A DNA stretch of 64,000 nt from an uncultured candidate division Zixibacteria bacterium (GCA_963664195.1 OY760907.1:864001-928000); one strand, 5' to 3'; shown: positions 30,484-41,316, numbered from the stretch's first letter. The notes: generated by a model not told the origin, from the letters alone. Translations and numbers: made by a program.

Positions 30484-32229
30484 CTACGGAGTCTCGCCCG
30501 TTTCGGAATTCGTTGAAGTGTAGGCTTCGCGGTCAATCGTGCTCCACAAAGCGTCATCGAATACTTCAATATTCGTAATCGCCTTACGCTCGTTGACCCA
30601 GTCGACAAACGCCTCTCCCTCGCGTTTCTTGTTTATCGTCAGCACGATTTCTGCCTTAACTGACAGGAAGTCCTTGACCTGAGCAGGTTTGCGATCGACC
30701 GGATAAAAGACCGAGTATCTCTGCATGGTGCGAATCGGACCGCCCACTTTGTTCTTTGGCGCGTCGATAGCCGCCGCGAACAATTCGGGGTGGCTACTCT
30801 CCTTCACGAAACCGAGGTCTCCCTTCTTGGCACGATACCCCGGACGCTCCGTCACCTCCGCCGCTTTGCTCTGAAACTCCTTGAGCGATCTTATTTCTCC
30901 GGCCAAACGCTGCGCCAGCATTTCATCGCTCACGAGAATCTCAAAGAGATGCACGGCGGCAGGAGTTGTGAACTCATCCTGATTCTGATCGTAGTAAGCA
31001 CGTATGTCTTCTTCGTTTGGCCTGACCGGCTTCGGAAGCGAGTCGGAACGCATCACATCGGCCATGGAATACTCTTTGAACACACGCGTTTTCCACTTGT
31101 ACATCTCGCTGTTTTCCAAACCCTCTCGAATGGCCTCTTGAACCAATACGTCAGTGCGTATGAGATTGGTTATAGCTCGCTTGAGGCCTTCGTAGTCGTC
31201 GAAATTCGGACGGTTAGCCGGAGGCAGTTGAGTCCTGGCCTTTTCAAGGTATTCGAAAAGGGAAATCTGCCCGCCGTCCCAGGTGGCCAGGACGAGTTCC
31301 TGCTCGTTGCGATCAAGTTGACCATCGTCGAAATCGTTCTTTGGGATATTCGGCAACAACTGCGGAGGATAGAGCTGCTCGCGTTTTCGGATAACATACT
31401 CGGCAATGGTTGTATCAAGGGTCACGGCATAGCGTTCGTCGATACCGGAGAAATATTCCCGGGTGAGTCGTTGGCGTCTGCGATTCAGGATCAGGTTTCT
31501 GATGCTCGACTTGGCGTCTGCAAAGCTCTCCCGCCGTTCGTTTTCAGTCTTGTCCACAAGCTTGATCAGGTGGTATCCAAACGGGCTTTTCACTGGCGGG
31601 CTGATCTCACCGACTTCCATTGCAAACGCGGCTCGCTCAAAGTCCTCATCCATCGCACCCCAAGTGAAGAATCCCAGATCGCCCCGGTTGTTTTTGGCCG
31701 AAGGATCTATGGAGCACTCATATGCCAGTTGCTCAAAATCGGCCCCGTTCTTGAGTTGCTCGAAAAGTACGTTGGCCGAATCTTCAGTCTCTGTCAGGAT
31801 GTGCATAGCACGAATCTTGTAGGCCTTGCAATCCCATCCTTCACGAACATCTGCATCGCTGACAATGGCCACGCTGGCAACATGCTTGTCATAGAGAGCT
31901 TCCAAGAGGAATCTGTCCCGATTGTCGGTCACGGCACGAGTCACCGCCTCGAGATTGTCCAATCCCTTTTCGTATGCGGCCTGCACAAGAAGACGCGTGA
32001 CGATAATAGAATCGAGAATCATCCGCTTCTTGTCGAATTCCTCTTGCGAGGTCTCGAACTGGGTTCCAAGCGTTGGAACCAGACGTTCAAAATCCTGAAC
32101 CGTGATCCTGTCACTGCCGATCTTTGCCAACACTTCGTCGCCAGACTTACCGCAGCCAATCATCATGGCCGCCAGCAGCAGGCTTACCAGTAGCGAAATC
32201 GTCGAATATCGTGTCATGTTCTTATGCAT
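30484..32229 (-). CDS. PpiC-type peptidyl-prolyl isomerase lipoprotein
   Basis: Lipobox MIGC, HIL, GDLGFF, SPFGYHLI. Confidence 0.88.
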   Translation of the reverse strand: MHKNMTRYSTISLLVSLLLAAMMIGCGKSGDEVLAKIGSDRITVQDFERLVPTLGTQFETSQEEFDKKRMILDSIIVTRLLVQAAYEKGLDNLEAVTRAVTDNRDRFLLEALYDKHVASVAIVSDADVREGWDCKAYKIRAMHILTETEDSANVLFEQLKNGADFEQLAYECSIDPSAKNNRGDLGFFTWGAMDEDFERAAFAMEVGEISPPVKSPFGYHLIKLVDKTENERRESFADAKSSIRNLILNRRRQRLTREYFSGIDERYAVTLDTTIAEYVIRKREQLYPPQLLPNIPKNDFDDGQLDRNEQELVLATWDGGQISLFEYLEKARTQLPPANRPNFDDYEGLKRAITNLIRTDVLVQEAIREGLENSEMYKWKTRVFKEYSMADVMRSDSLPKPVRPNEEDIRAYYDQNQDEFTTPAAVHLFEILVSDEMLAQRLAGEIRSLKEFQSKAAEVTERPGYRAKKGDLGFVKESSHPELFAAAIDAPKNKVGGPIRTMQRYSVFYPVDRKPAQVKDFLSVKAEIVLTINKKREGEAFVDWVNERKAITNIEVFDDALWSTIDREAYTSTNSETGETP

Positions 32230-32358
32230 CCTCTTACTCCATACCCTCTCTTGTACCGGGGATTGGCCTCCGGGTTCCGCCCGAAAGACGAGCCAAGTGT
32301 CATAGATAAGCCATTACGCACCAAATGCCAAGCGTTTTCACCTATTGGCTGCCAGGGG

Positions 32359-33330
32359 CTATTCGAAGTCGGATTCGAGATAATCCTGAGTCGTTGATTT
32401 ACGGCTGAGACGCTGAGCAAGCTTCTTAGTAAGCTCCACCGCCGAGTTCTCGCCGTATACCTTGAGCATGTGGTTCATCGCGATGACCTCGGAGATCACG
32501 GTGATGTTCTTGCCGGGGGAAATCGGGACCTTGAGAATCGGAATCTTGCATCCTAGGATCGCCGTCGTCTGCTCCTCGACTCCCAGCCGCTCGTACTCCG
32601 CGGTTTCCTCCCAGAGAGTCAGACGTACCTCGACTTCAATACGTTTCTGCATGCGGATAGAGCGAATTCCGAATAACTCCTCGACATCGATAATCCCGAC
32701 CCCGCGTATTTCCATGTGATGCCCGAGCAACTCGGAACTCCCGCCGATAAGCACATCGGGAGCAACGCGTGTGACTTTGCAGACATCATCGGCCACCAAC
32801 CGGTGCCCGCGCTCTACCAGATCGAGCGCAACCTCGGACTTGCCGATCCCGGACTTGCCGGTGTACAACAGGCCGACGCCGTAGACATCGACCAGGGTGC
32901 CGTGGAGGTTGGTGGTCGGCGCGAAAAAATGGTCCAGGTAGGCCGTAAGTCGATGAGATAACTCGGCTGTTGTCAGACGACTGGAGAAAACCGCGGTATG
33001 ACCGAGTTCGGTGGCAGCGGTAAACGCCAGAGGCGGCGAAAACCCTTTGGTGACCACAAACAACGGTACATCGGCCGCCATGATTCCATCTGCGACCTCC
33101 TTCAGACGTTCATCAGTAAGCGTGTTCAGATACGCGACCTCGGTCTCCCCCAGGACCTGTATGCGACTGCCCGGGAAGCGTTCCAGGAAGCCAGCCAGGG
33201 CAACACCTGGTCGATTGAGCTGAGACGTTTTGACTTTCTTCCTGAGACTGCGCGGACCGCCGCTAATGAGCGTTAGCTCAAGATCCCGGTTACGGGACTG
33301 GTACAGTTGTTCGACTGTGATTTCTGCCAT
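32359..33330 (-). CDS. hprK: HPr(Ser) kinase/phosphorylase
   Basis: HGTLVDVYGVG, GKSGIGKSE, LVADD, MEIRGVGII. Confidence 0.96.
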   Translation of the reverse strand: MAEITVEQLYQSRNRDLELTLISGGPRSLRKKVKTSQLNRPGVALAGFLERFPGSRIQVLGETEVAYLNTLTDERLKEVADGIMAADVPLFVVTKGFSPPLAFTAATELGHTAVFSSRLTTAELSHRLTAYLDHFFAPTTNLHGTLVDVYGVGLLYTGKSGIGKSEVALDLVERGHRLVADDVCKVTRVAPDVLIGGSSELLGHHMEIRGVGIIDVEELFGIRSIRMQKRIEVEVRLTLWEETAEYERLGVEEQTTAILGCKIPILKVPISPGKNITVISEVIAMNHMLKVYGENSAVELTKKLAQRLSRKSTTQDYLESDFE

Positions 33331-33468
33331 AGTAAAGAAATATATCTCTACCGCTCGTCGACAGGCAAGAAAGAAATGCTGAAAGGCCAAAGAACTCGGG
33401 AGCCAACCCGGCAGCGGACATTCAAGTCGCAGGTGTTGCCATGAGTTCCGGCACGACGCTACTCTCCC

Positions 33469-33497
33469 AAAAAAAACCCCGGCGGACCGGGGTTCTT
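33469..33497 (-). terminator. terminator after the PDZ gene
   Basis: aaccccgg-cgga-ccggggtt with A-run on plus strand. Confidence 0.75.
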
Positions 33498-33543
33498 GCG
33501 GAAGGAAGAAAAGGTATATTAACAGAGTACTTACCAATCATGT

Positions 33544-34521
33544 CTACTGCTTGGTTTTGCGGATTTCCTTGAGTTCGTCCCGCAACTCTTGAAGCTCACC
33601 ACGAAGCTCGTCCATTGCGTCTTCGTACTCGCCGGAATCATACAGTTCGCGGAGGTCATCGAGATCATCCAATTGTATGCTTAAGGAGCGTGGCAACCCC
33701 TTCATGTTTGGAATTCGGATGTCATCGGCGTCGAAATATTGAATGCCGGGACCGGAGCCATAGAACTGCCAGGAGCTTTCTCGCATTTCCACGGGCACGT
33801 CAACTTTCGTTTGCTTCTTGTCTCGCAGCAGTGCGATCTTTGCGACTTCGCCTTCTTCAAGTCTGCGCACGGCTTTCTGGACATCGCCAGCGTCACCGAC
33901 TTCCCGATCGTTCACCGCCACAATGACATCGCCCGCCCTGATTCCGGCTTTCTCAGCTGGGGAATCTTCTTGAACTTCATTAATAAGCACGCCGCCTTCG
34001 TCGGCTCCAAAATAGGCTGCAAGGTCATCGGAGATATCGAGTAGCATTACGCCGATATATGCCTGTTCTCTATTGTCGTCGGTCCAGGCATACTTGTGTT
34101 TGGAAATCCGCGGACTGCTATCCCTGAAGTACGACCAGCGGCTTTCCTTGCGGTCTCCAAGCACAGAAGCCAGGACGACCTTCTCGTTGTCGCGCATGAC
34201 AACGATATCGACTTCGTCGCCGGGTGCACGGTCCCGGACGAGATCAAGCAAGTCTTTGTCGCTCATGACTTTTTCACCGCCGAAAGCGATAATGATGTCG
34301 TCTTCCTTGAGTCCGGCCTTATCGGCAGGGGAGTCATCGACGATTTCGTTGACAATGGCGCCGTATTCTGTCTTGATGTCGAATGCTTTGGATATGTCTT
34401 CATCGACTGTCTGGGTGTAGACCCCGAGCCAGGCATCGCGATCCGGTCCGGCGAGGGAGAACCCCACGGCCAGAGCGAGAATTACGGCGGCCGCCAGGCT
34501 GATTTTGACGACGTTCTTCAT
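33544..34521 (-). CDS. exported tandem-PDZ protein (no protease domain)
   Basis: Signal peptide, AWLGV..SPADKAGL and AYIGV..SPAEKAGI. Confidence 0.85.
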   Translation of the reverse strand: MKNVVKISLAAAVILALAVGFSLAGPDRDAWLGVYTQTVDEDISKAFDIKTEYGAIVNEIVDDSPADKAGLKEDDIIIAFGGEKVMSDKDLLDLVRDRAPGDEVDIVVMRDNEKVVLASVLGDRKESRWSYFRDSSPRISKHKYAWTDDNREQAYIGVMLLDISDDLAAYFGADEGGVLINEVQEDSPAEKAGIRAGDVIVAVNDREVGDAGDVQKAVRRLEEGEVAKIALLRDKKQTKVDVPVEMRESSWQFYGSGPGIQYFDADDIRIPNMKGLPRSLSIQLDDLDDLRELYDSGEYEDAMDELRGELQELRDELKEIRKTKQ

Positions 34522-34781
34522 AGCGTCACCTCTTACTTCCGTTGTTCCGAAAAGTCCTTCTGCCCTATTTTACGAAAGGCGGGAGATTTGGTTCCATTTG
34601 TCGATTGAATGCAAAGGTCGGTGATAATCTGTCTGGCCCTCAGGGCTGGAAAAAAGCGATTTTGAAGAAGGAAAATGGTGATAGCGGGCTAAAAAGGCAT
34701 TGACAAAACGACGAAAACGGCTAATATAACAAGCCACCTTACTAGTTGAGGTGATTTGACATAGATGTTTTTTTCGTACAC

Positions 34782-34854
34782 TCCCCTGTAGCTCAGTTGG
34801 TAGAGCAGCTGACTGTTAATCAGCGGGTCGCTGGTTCGAGTCCAGCCGGGGGAG
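34782..34854 (+). tRNA. tRNA-Asn (GTT), CCA not encoded
   Basis: 73-nt cloverleaf: TCCCCTG acceptor, ctGTTaa anticodon loop, GTTCGAGTC T-arm. Confidence 0.97.
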
Positions 34855-34932
34855 CTTTTCTTTTGCCCAAGATTCAAGCTCAGTTGGCAGAGTCCGCCGC
34901 AAGTGCGTGCAAACGCCAGGCCCGCAAACCAA

Positions 34933-36789
34933 CTAATCGTTCGTTACCGCACTCTTCCCTGACAACCGAAAGCACAGTCTCAGTACCGCAAATACGACGC
35001 AAGATACCACCACCCCAAATACGGCGGGATCAAAACTGTCAATGAAGCGATATGTGGATTCGTCGAACAGCACGACCCCGAACTGACTCTTCAACGTCGA
35101 CACACCGCGATACGCAAGTGTAAAAACCGTCGCAGCAAGCATAGTGATGAAAATCTGCTGCGTTAGCGTCTTCGATCGTTTCTTCCAGAGCACTCCAACT
35201 ACGACCGGAAGTATGATGGCCGGTGCCCAAACGTGGTAGGTGAACAAAAGAAGCCCAATGATATCCGACCACAGCACGGCTACCAGAATCGCCGACAGGC
35301 CGAGTCCCAGCGTACATATTCTCGCAAGCCGCAGCATGCGACCGTCACCGTTGTCCTTCCACCCGAACTGGTGCTCGAACAGGTCCTTCACGAAAATAGC
35401 CGTCGAGGAATTCAACGCGGAATCTGCCGATGACATGACCGCCATGAGCAGGGCACCGATCATAAGGCCCCCAATAATCGGGTTGTGCAATTGATCGACG
35501 ACCATGGGCAACGCCTGTTGCGGGTCGATGTCGGGGAATTGAATGCGGGCAAACAAAGCGATAAAAAACAGGATGACGGGAAACGTTATTGCAAGGAAAA
35601 AGCCTACTCCAGCGATCCCGAGTCGCGTCTCCCGCGCGTTCTTTCCCACGCAATAGCGGGTGGCATACCCGGGGGCAAAGGTCTCTCCGAGGAGAAACGC
35701 CAGGAATGTGGTAAGCAGGAATATCCAGCCCTTGCCGCCTTCGATTTTGAAGAAGTCGGCCGAAATCTCCCGGTTGCGGGCGATTTCGTTCGGGTAGGCG
35801 TCCTGCAAAAGGGATAGATTCAATCGACGGAGATCTCGCCCTTCGGCCCCTCCCCGTCTCTCCAATCGACCCGTTGTCTGTCCCGTCAGGTGAACCTCGG
35901 CAAAGACTTTCGGATCATAGAGATTCGGACTGTCGAGGACCTCGTTCAATGCCGCCACGAATCTTCGAACGGTCGCATTGGCGGTATCTCCGGAAGCTAC
36001 CTGCTTGACAGAGGACAAGTGATCGTCTCCGAAAAGGGACATAAGATGTTTTTCCAACGGCCCAGATGACTCCGTCAAGAGCGAGGCAAACTCCTGAGGA
36101 TGCCCTATATCCACCACGCCGAACCGCGACGGTACAAACTTGCCTGTCTCGGGATTGTACGAGTCGCTTATGTCCGGAATGCAAAAGGCCAGCGTAATGA
36201 CGAAGCCCGCCACCAGGACAATGAACTGAAAGAGATCCGTGTGGATGACGGCCAGCAACCCTCCGGCGGTGCTGTATATTACCACCATCAGCCCCCCGAG
36301 AAGAATTGCCCAGCGCAGTGTGTCCATGCTGCCGGCAAGGTCAGGGAGTATGGCCGCAGTAACGGTGCCGAAGGCCGCCATTTGTGCGGCAACAATGAAA
36401 ACAGAGAACAACAACGAAAGGATCAGGACAAGAAAACGGGGACGTTCGCCGAATCTGTGGCCGAAGTATCCCGCAACCGTGTACAGTTCGGCCTCTCGAA
36501 ACTGCGGCGCCACAACCAAACCGGAGAAGATGAAGTGCAAATATCCTCCGGTGGAAACCAACAGCATGAGAATACCCCATTCATAGGTCTTGCCGATTGC
36601 ACCGATTGAGTAGCCGCCACCAATTACCGTGGCCCCCATGGTGCAAAACAGCATGAACCAGCTCACGTTGCGGCCGGCAACAAGGTAGTCATCCGTAGAG
36701 TCGACTTTCTTCGCTTTCATCACCCCCTTGATGAAGACAAAGAGCATGTAGCCGATTACGATAGTCCAGAGGATCAGTCCGTCGTCCAT
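34933..36789 (-). CDS. sodium:solute symporter (SSS) with large inserted loop domain
   Basis: DYLVAGR, YSTAGGLLAVIHTD.FQ, AVMSSADS. Confidence 0.92.
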   Translation of the reverse strand: MDDGLILWTIVIGYMLFVFIKGVMKAKKVDSTDDYLVAGRNVSWFMLFCTMGATVIGGGYSIGAIGKTYEWGILMLLVSTGGYLHFIFSGLVVAPQFREAELYTVAGYFGHRFGERPRFLVLILSLLFSVFIVAAQMAAFGTVTAAILPDLAGSMDTLRWAILLGGLMVVIYSTAGGLLAVIHTDLFQFIVLVAGFVITLAFCIPDISDSYNPETGKFVPSRFGVVDIGHPQEFASLLTESSGPLEKHLMSLFGDDHLSSVKQVASGDTANATVRRFVAALNEVLDSPNLYDPKVFAEVHLTGQTTGRLERRGGAEGRDLRRLNLSLLQDAYPNEIARNREISADFFKIEGGKGWIFLLTTFLAFLLGETFAPGYATRYCVGKNARETRLGIAGVGFFLAITFPVILFFIALFARIQFPDIDPQQALPMVVDQLHNPIIGGLMIGALLMAVMSSADSALNSSTAIFVKDLFEHQFGWKDNGDGRMLRLARICTLGLGLSAILVAVLWSDIIGLLLFTYHVWAPAIILPVVVGVLWKKRSKTLTQQIFITMLAATVFTLAYRGVSTLKSQFGVVLFDESTYRFIDSFDPAVFGVVVSCVVFAVLRLCFRLSGKSAVTND

Positions 36790-36814
36790 TTGCCAACTCC
36801 GTTAGTCATGCGGG

Positions 36815-37984
36815 TCAGTCAGTCACAATACGTGGTATGTCAGGGGGCAGCCGCACCAGCATTTCGTAGTTAACAAGGTTTGACAAGTCGCTGAAGGAGC
36901 GTACCGAAATGCGTGCGTGGTTCTGTTTGCCGATAATCACTACTTCATCTCCCACTCCCACGGACGGAATTGAAGTGACATCGACCAGTATCATGTTCAT
37001 GCTGACAAGTCCGACAACATTTGCGCGTTTGCCTCGTATCAGAACCTTTCCGAGATTACTCAGGCTGCGGCGAAAACCGTGCGCGTATCCCACCGGCACC
37101 GCGGCAAACCTCTGTTGTCGGAGAGTCATGTAGGAGGTCCCGTACCCGACAAACCGGCCCGCTTCCACCGAATAGACATCCATGACCCTGCTGCTCCATC
37201 GAAGAACTCTTCGAAGAGGATCGATATAGTGCTTCTTTGATTGGCTATCCTGGCGAAGCACGTACTCCATCTCCGTCTCTTTGCTGGGCCAGAATCCGTA
37301 CTGCGCGATACCGATCCTGACCATGTTCATCCGTGTTTCAGGATAAGTCAAAGCAGCCGCAGATGAGGCGGTGTGGTGTATTGGGATGGCCAGTCCCAGT
37401 TTGGCGACCCATTCCCGCAACCTCTTGAATTCCGCCAACTGGTCCTGGACTCGCTTGTAGTTGGCTATACTCTCGGCTCCGGCGAAATGAGTGCAGATAC
37501 CGCAGACATCCAGGACTTCAGGGTTGGCCAACACTTGCCTCACTACTTGCTCGACATCTCCGTTTCTCAAGCCGATCCGGTTCATACCGGTTTCCAGATC
37601 GAGGTGGATTCGGGCCGGGATGCCTACCTTTCCAGCTATCTCCAGCGCCAGTTGAAGTCGCTTGAGATCGCTGAGGTAGAAGGAGACTCCGTGCTCTACC
37701 GCCCAGGCGAGCGCGTCGGCATCGACGTACCCCATGATCATGATATGCGTCTCAGGGTTTGTCCGGCACTGAAGTACCCTGTACGCCTCGCTGGCGTCGA
37801 AGACGGAGAAGTGTCGAATACCACACTGTTCGGCAAGTGGGACAAACGGATCAATGCCGTGACCGTAGGCGTTGCCTTTGACGACGGACGATATCGCCAC
37901 TTCTGGACCTACAGTCTTCTGCAAGAACCGCAGATTGCGTGTCAACGCGGTTCTGCTAAGTTCGATTGCGGACGAATCAAACAT
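36815..37984 (-). CDS. alr: alanine racemase
   Basis: VKGNAYGHG, ETGMNRIG, VGYG, GYAHG, VSMN. Confidence 0.9.
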   Translation of the reverse strand: MFDSSAIELSRTALTRNLRFLQKTVGPEVAISSVVKGNAYGHGIDPFVPLAEQCGIRHFSVFDASEAYRVLQCRTNPETHIMIMGYVDADALAWAVEHGVSFYLSDLKRLQLALEIAGKVGIPARIHLDLETGMNRIGLRNGDVEQVVRQVLANPEVLDVCGICTHFAGAESIANYKRVQDQLAEFKRLREWVAKLGLAIPIHHTASSAAALTYPETRMNMVRIGIAQYGFWPSKETEMEYVLRQDSQSKKHYIDPLRRVLRWSSRVMDVYSVEAGRFVGYGTSYMTLRQQRFAAVPVGYAHGFRRSLSNLGKVLIRGKRANVVGLVSMNMILVDVTSIPSVGVGDEVVIIGKQNHARISVRSFSDLSNLVNYEMLVRLPPDIPRIVTD

Positions 37985-38038
37985 CGCTCCCCCCAACTAA
38001 GATTCGCAGGTCCTGCTTCTGAAGCCTCTGCATCCTGC

Positions 38039-39202
38039 TCATCGAGTGTCGGTTTCCACAACCGCATCCACAGCAGGTTCCACTTCCAGAAGCTCCGAAT
38101 CTGGAAGATTCTCGAATCGCGCCAACGGCGGAGTGACCTCTTTGTCAATGTACTTGCCGCTCATCAGTCTAAGAAGAGCGGCGTAGTTTGGTCGGAATCG
38201 AATCGTGTCACCGACTTTGAGATTGCCCGGGTCGTCACCGATATTGATGACCGACACGTCACTGCTGGCTCCCGCGATATGATGCCCGGGGTTCATCGGG
38301 GTAAGGCCGGAAACGTCGGTATCCAACTGCCCCACACTGATCAAAGCCCGATATCCCCTCTGTCCCGGTGAGAATTCTCCGCTGGCCTGGTCCATGTCGA
38401 ACGGAGTCATCGAAATCGTCTCGGTCATCGGAACCAGTCCCTTTTCCTTAATTTCGGCGATTTCTGCCTCGAGAATGATCGCGTCGTTTTTTAGCTCGGG
38501 AAGGGTACCTCCGTTCACGAGATCCGTACCGAGGAAAATCGCCTCGCCGACTCGGAAATGATTGATCGCCCTCGGCAGCGTACCATCCAATAGCAGGGGA
38601 AGGACGGCCGATGAGCCGGCGGAGATCATTGGCAGCTTGCGCTGGAACTTCAGTTCAAGCAACTCGCGGTAGAGGCACAGCTGCGTAAACTGATCCACGT
38701 TTGGCACGGCGCCCGCCAGACACCCCAGGTTGGCACCAATACCTGCAACTTCTATATTAGACAGGTTGAACACTTGCTCGTAGAACGCAACCAGCGAACC
38801 GGGCAGAATTCCCTCGCGGAGATCGCCCAATTCAATCATGATTACTATGCGATGAGTCTTGTTGATTCGCTTTGCTTCGTCGTTGAGGGCATTTATTACA
38901 CTGATTTCGCTGTTCAAACTCACGTCCGCCAGACCGGCAACTCTCTTGACCGATGACAGGTCGGATACGCGCAGATACCATGACTCGAAATCGGGAATGA
39001 TCTTCTCAATCGCCTGTAGATTGGCCAGACGCGAATCCCCCATTGACCGTACTCCAAGGAATTGCAGCGCGCGCAGAGTGTCGGCGTGACCACACAGGAC
39101 CTTTGTCACCACGGTCCAAGTAGCTTCATGTCGCTCCATCCATCGCTTAATGACGCTGATGTTGTGACGGAGCTTCTCCAGATCAATCGTAACGCGATTC
39201 AC
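38039..39202 (-). CDS. ornithine/lysine racemase-like (Orr/YhfX) PLP enzyme
   Basis: VTKVLCG, GDSRL.N, ELGDLREG, NHFRVGEA, GASSD. Confidence 0.85.
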   Translation of the reverse strand: MNRVTIDLEKLRHNISVIKRWMERHEATWTVVTKVLCGHADTLRALQFLGVRSMGDSRLANLQAIEKIIPDFESWYLRVSDLSSVKRVAGLADVSLNSEISVINALNDEAKRINKTHRIVIMIELGDLREGILPGSLVAFYEQVFNLSNIEVAGIGANLGCLAGAVPNVDQFTQLCLYRELLELKFQRKLPMISAGSSAVLPLLLDGTLPRAINHFRVGEAIFLGTDLVNGGTLPELKNDAIILEAEIAEIKEKGLVPMTETISMTPFDMDQASGEFSPGQRGYRALISVGQLDTDVSGLTPMNPGHHIAGASSDVSVINIGDDPGNLKVGDTIRFRPNYAALLRLMSGKYIDKEVTPPLARFENLPDSELLEVEPAVDAVVETDTR

Positions 39203-39705
39203 TTGTAATACCTCATCTCGGCATACTTGCTTGTCATGCCCAATCGTTCGTACAGCCGCTTGGCCGGATTGTCATACTCAACGTGCAGCTTCACGTCGCC
39301 GTCGGCTAACTCGAAAGCATGGGTGATGATCCTGGAACCGACGCCCTTTCCGCGCGTGGATGGGTCAACCGCCACCATGAGAAGGAAGTTCTCCGGCACG
39401 TACCCTCTCATGCCCGTACGCAGCATAATCAGCCCGCCTACAACCTTCTTATCGGTTTCGGCTACCAACACGAATCCCGGCTCACCGGTGCGCGGCTCAA
39501 GCGCGTCGGAAATGCCCTGCCGAACCTCGGGTAGCGGGTCCTCATAGGGTTTGAGGCTCTCGTGCATAAACGCCGCCAGTTCGTCCGGAGTCAGCCAGGT
39601 TGGAAAGTCCGTCATGGAAGTCAATTCGTGAAGTATAACATCGCTCGTTTTATCTCCAGCTGGTCGATCAACTGCTGCTCTCTCGTTGTTGTCAGATATG
39701 TTCAT
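39199..39705 (-). CDS. GNAT N-acetyltransferase
   Basis: AVDPSTRGKGVG, NPAKRLYERLG; 4-nt overlap with the racemase gene; GAGGAG RBS. Confidence 0.9.
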   Translation of the reverse strand: MNISDNNERAAVDRPAGDKTSDVILHELTSMTDFPTWLTPDELAAFMHESLKPYEDPLPEVRQGISDALEPRTGEPGFVLVAETDKKVVGGLIMLRTGMRGYVPENFLLMVAVDPSTRGKGVGSRIITHAFELADGDVKLHVEYDNPAKRLYERLGMTSKYAEMRYYK

Positions 39706-39903
39706 CCTATTAGCTCCTCCTCGTGCTCCCACCTGCCTCTGCGGTCTATAGAACACAAGTCACAAGATATTGACTGTCTGTATCTGCCTTCCGGACAACG
39801 GCGCAAAGGCCCGGCGCATCTCTGATCTCATCGGGCGAGTCATAAGAACCTTCTAACAAGCGATCTCCGACTCTCACGACTGCGATGCCCCTCTTGCCAC
39901 TCT

Positions 39904-40659
39904 CTATGTCCAGTACGGCTTGCGATCATAATGCCTGAAAATCTCCCGCTCAGTATCAGGTGTCATCGACTGGCCCCTATCGAAGCTCGGCCCCGCCTTT
40001 ACATCCTCGACACGCAGGTCCACTTGAAGCGATTCCATCTCCTCCCGGGAATGCTTCAACCACAGCGTGGGGAGAATCGCCTTCCGCCCGGGGAACCACC
40101 TGCCGGTGTCCACAACCGCGTACCGAATGGCCCATCCGTCATCGTCCAGCAACAGATCGTCCACAACTCCGACCGTCCCGTCGATACCCTGAACCGAACA
40201 ACCGATGAGATCCCGGCACGTCTTTGGCCGTGACTCTGGAGGGGGACCATCCCATGCCTGCAGAGCACCCTCCGCCACGTAGAAGCTTGACACTACCGGC
40301 AGAGGGAACGCAGGTAAAGGTGCGGGGCGCGGCAGCGCCCAGTCATCCTCGGGCTCCATGGACACCTTCAGCCTTGTCACGTGAGGACTCTCGAGCATTG
40401 CACTCACGTCGCCTTCTTCTCCTCGATTCGCCTCTCCGGACACAATTGAGACACCAAGAATTCCTTTGCGTCGATCAAGGAATGAAAGCGCTTCCCTCGA
40501 CACCAGAATGCCGCTACTCTTCAGCCGACGACCTGGTTCAACGACTATGTGTGTGATGGACCACGACTGCCGATCCACTACCAGCCCCCAGAGTTCTCCT
40601 ATAGGACTGTGCCCGTCCTCGACTGGCATTCCTTTGAGTCTCTCAACGTCGTGAAACAC
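39904..40659 (-). CDS. tandem PRC-barrel protein
   Basis: GVVDDLLLDDDGWAIRYAVVDTGRWFPGR, HYDRKPYW. Confidence 0.8.
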   Translation of the reverse strand: MFHDVERLKGMPVEDGHSPIGELWGLVVDRQSWSITHIVVEPGRRLKSSGILVSREALSFLDRRKGILGVSIVSGEANRGEEGDVSAMLESPHVTRLKVSMEPEDDWALPRPAPLPAFPLPVVSSFYVAEGALQAWDGPPPESRPKTCRDLIGCSVQGIDGTVGVVDDLLLDDDGWAIRYAVVDTGRWFPGRKAILPTLWLKHSREEMESLQVDLRVEDVKAGPSFDRGQSMTPDTEREIFRHYDRKPYWT

Positions 40660-40853
40660 GTCTGTCCACCCAATCGTCCGAGTCGGTCCCCGGCTGCGGT
40701 AGTAGCGTCACATGCTCTCCATCACGGCAAAAACTGAAACTCGCCACTCTTCTACTATTGGCGGCAGAGTCATGAACTGATCCCGCGACTCCGTCCCGTG
40801 CTGTGGCTCGACCACCAGGCAAAGGCTCGACACTGAGTACCATCTTTGTCGTG

Positions 40854-41156
40854 CTATCCGTTCTCCGCGAACTTCCTGCGAATATCCAACTCAATCGATT
40901 TGCGCTCTTGCTCGTCAAGTTCAGGAGTGAATAGTACGGCATAGCAAATCTGTCCTTCTGAGGAAAACGCCTGCCATCGGGCCTGATCCGGGTGACAAGC
41001 TACACACTCCCCCACACTGTTCGATTCCCCGATGTCTATAAGAGAACCCTTGTCGCCCTTGGCCACGATAACCGCGAACACTCCGGGGTCGTTTTTCAGC
41101 TCCTGAGCGTTAACGAAGGGCCCTTCAAATACCTGCTCACCGATTGAAATAGACAT
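40854..41156 (-). CDS. small GIY-YIG-like protein (degenerate)
   Basis: PGVFAV..LIDIGES..IELDIR; GAGGAG RBS. Confidence 0.6.
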   Translation of the reverse strand: MSISIGEQVFEGPFVNAQELKNDPGVFAVIVAKGDKGSLIDIGESNSVGECVACHPDQARWQAFSSEGQICYAVLFTPELDEQERKSIELDIRRKFAENG

Positions 41157-41316
41157 GGTTCTTCTTCTCCTCGTTGACGGCCTTCTGTCATCCCGGACAG
41201 GCAATGCCGCGCTATCCTTCAGCTTCCGCAAGGGAGGTTCATGGCCTTGCATATCTCCTTTATGAGCCCCTCTCGCGCTTTCTTGCCACAGATGCACATA
41301 ACAACGAATCATATCA

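Noticed and set aside
34689..35045. ORFs overlapping tRNA-Asn
   Set aside because: Artefactual translations of the tRNA
40643..40843. Small ORF between the GIY-YIG-like and PRC-barrel genes
   Set aside because: No recognisable motif and weak start signals; cannot be supported, though it would fill the operon gap
40990..41010. CVACH as a c-type haem site
   Set aside because: The protein has no export signal; the motif falls in a GIY-YIG-like helix
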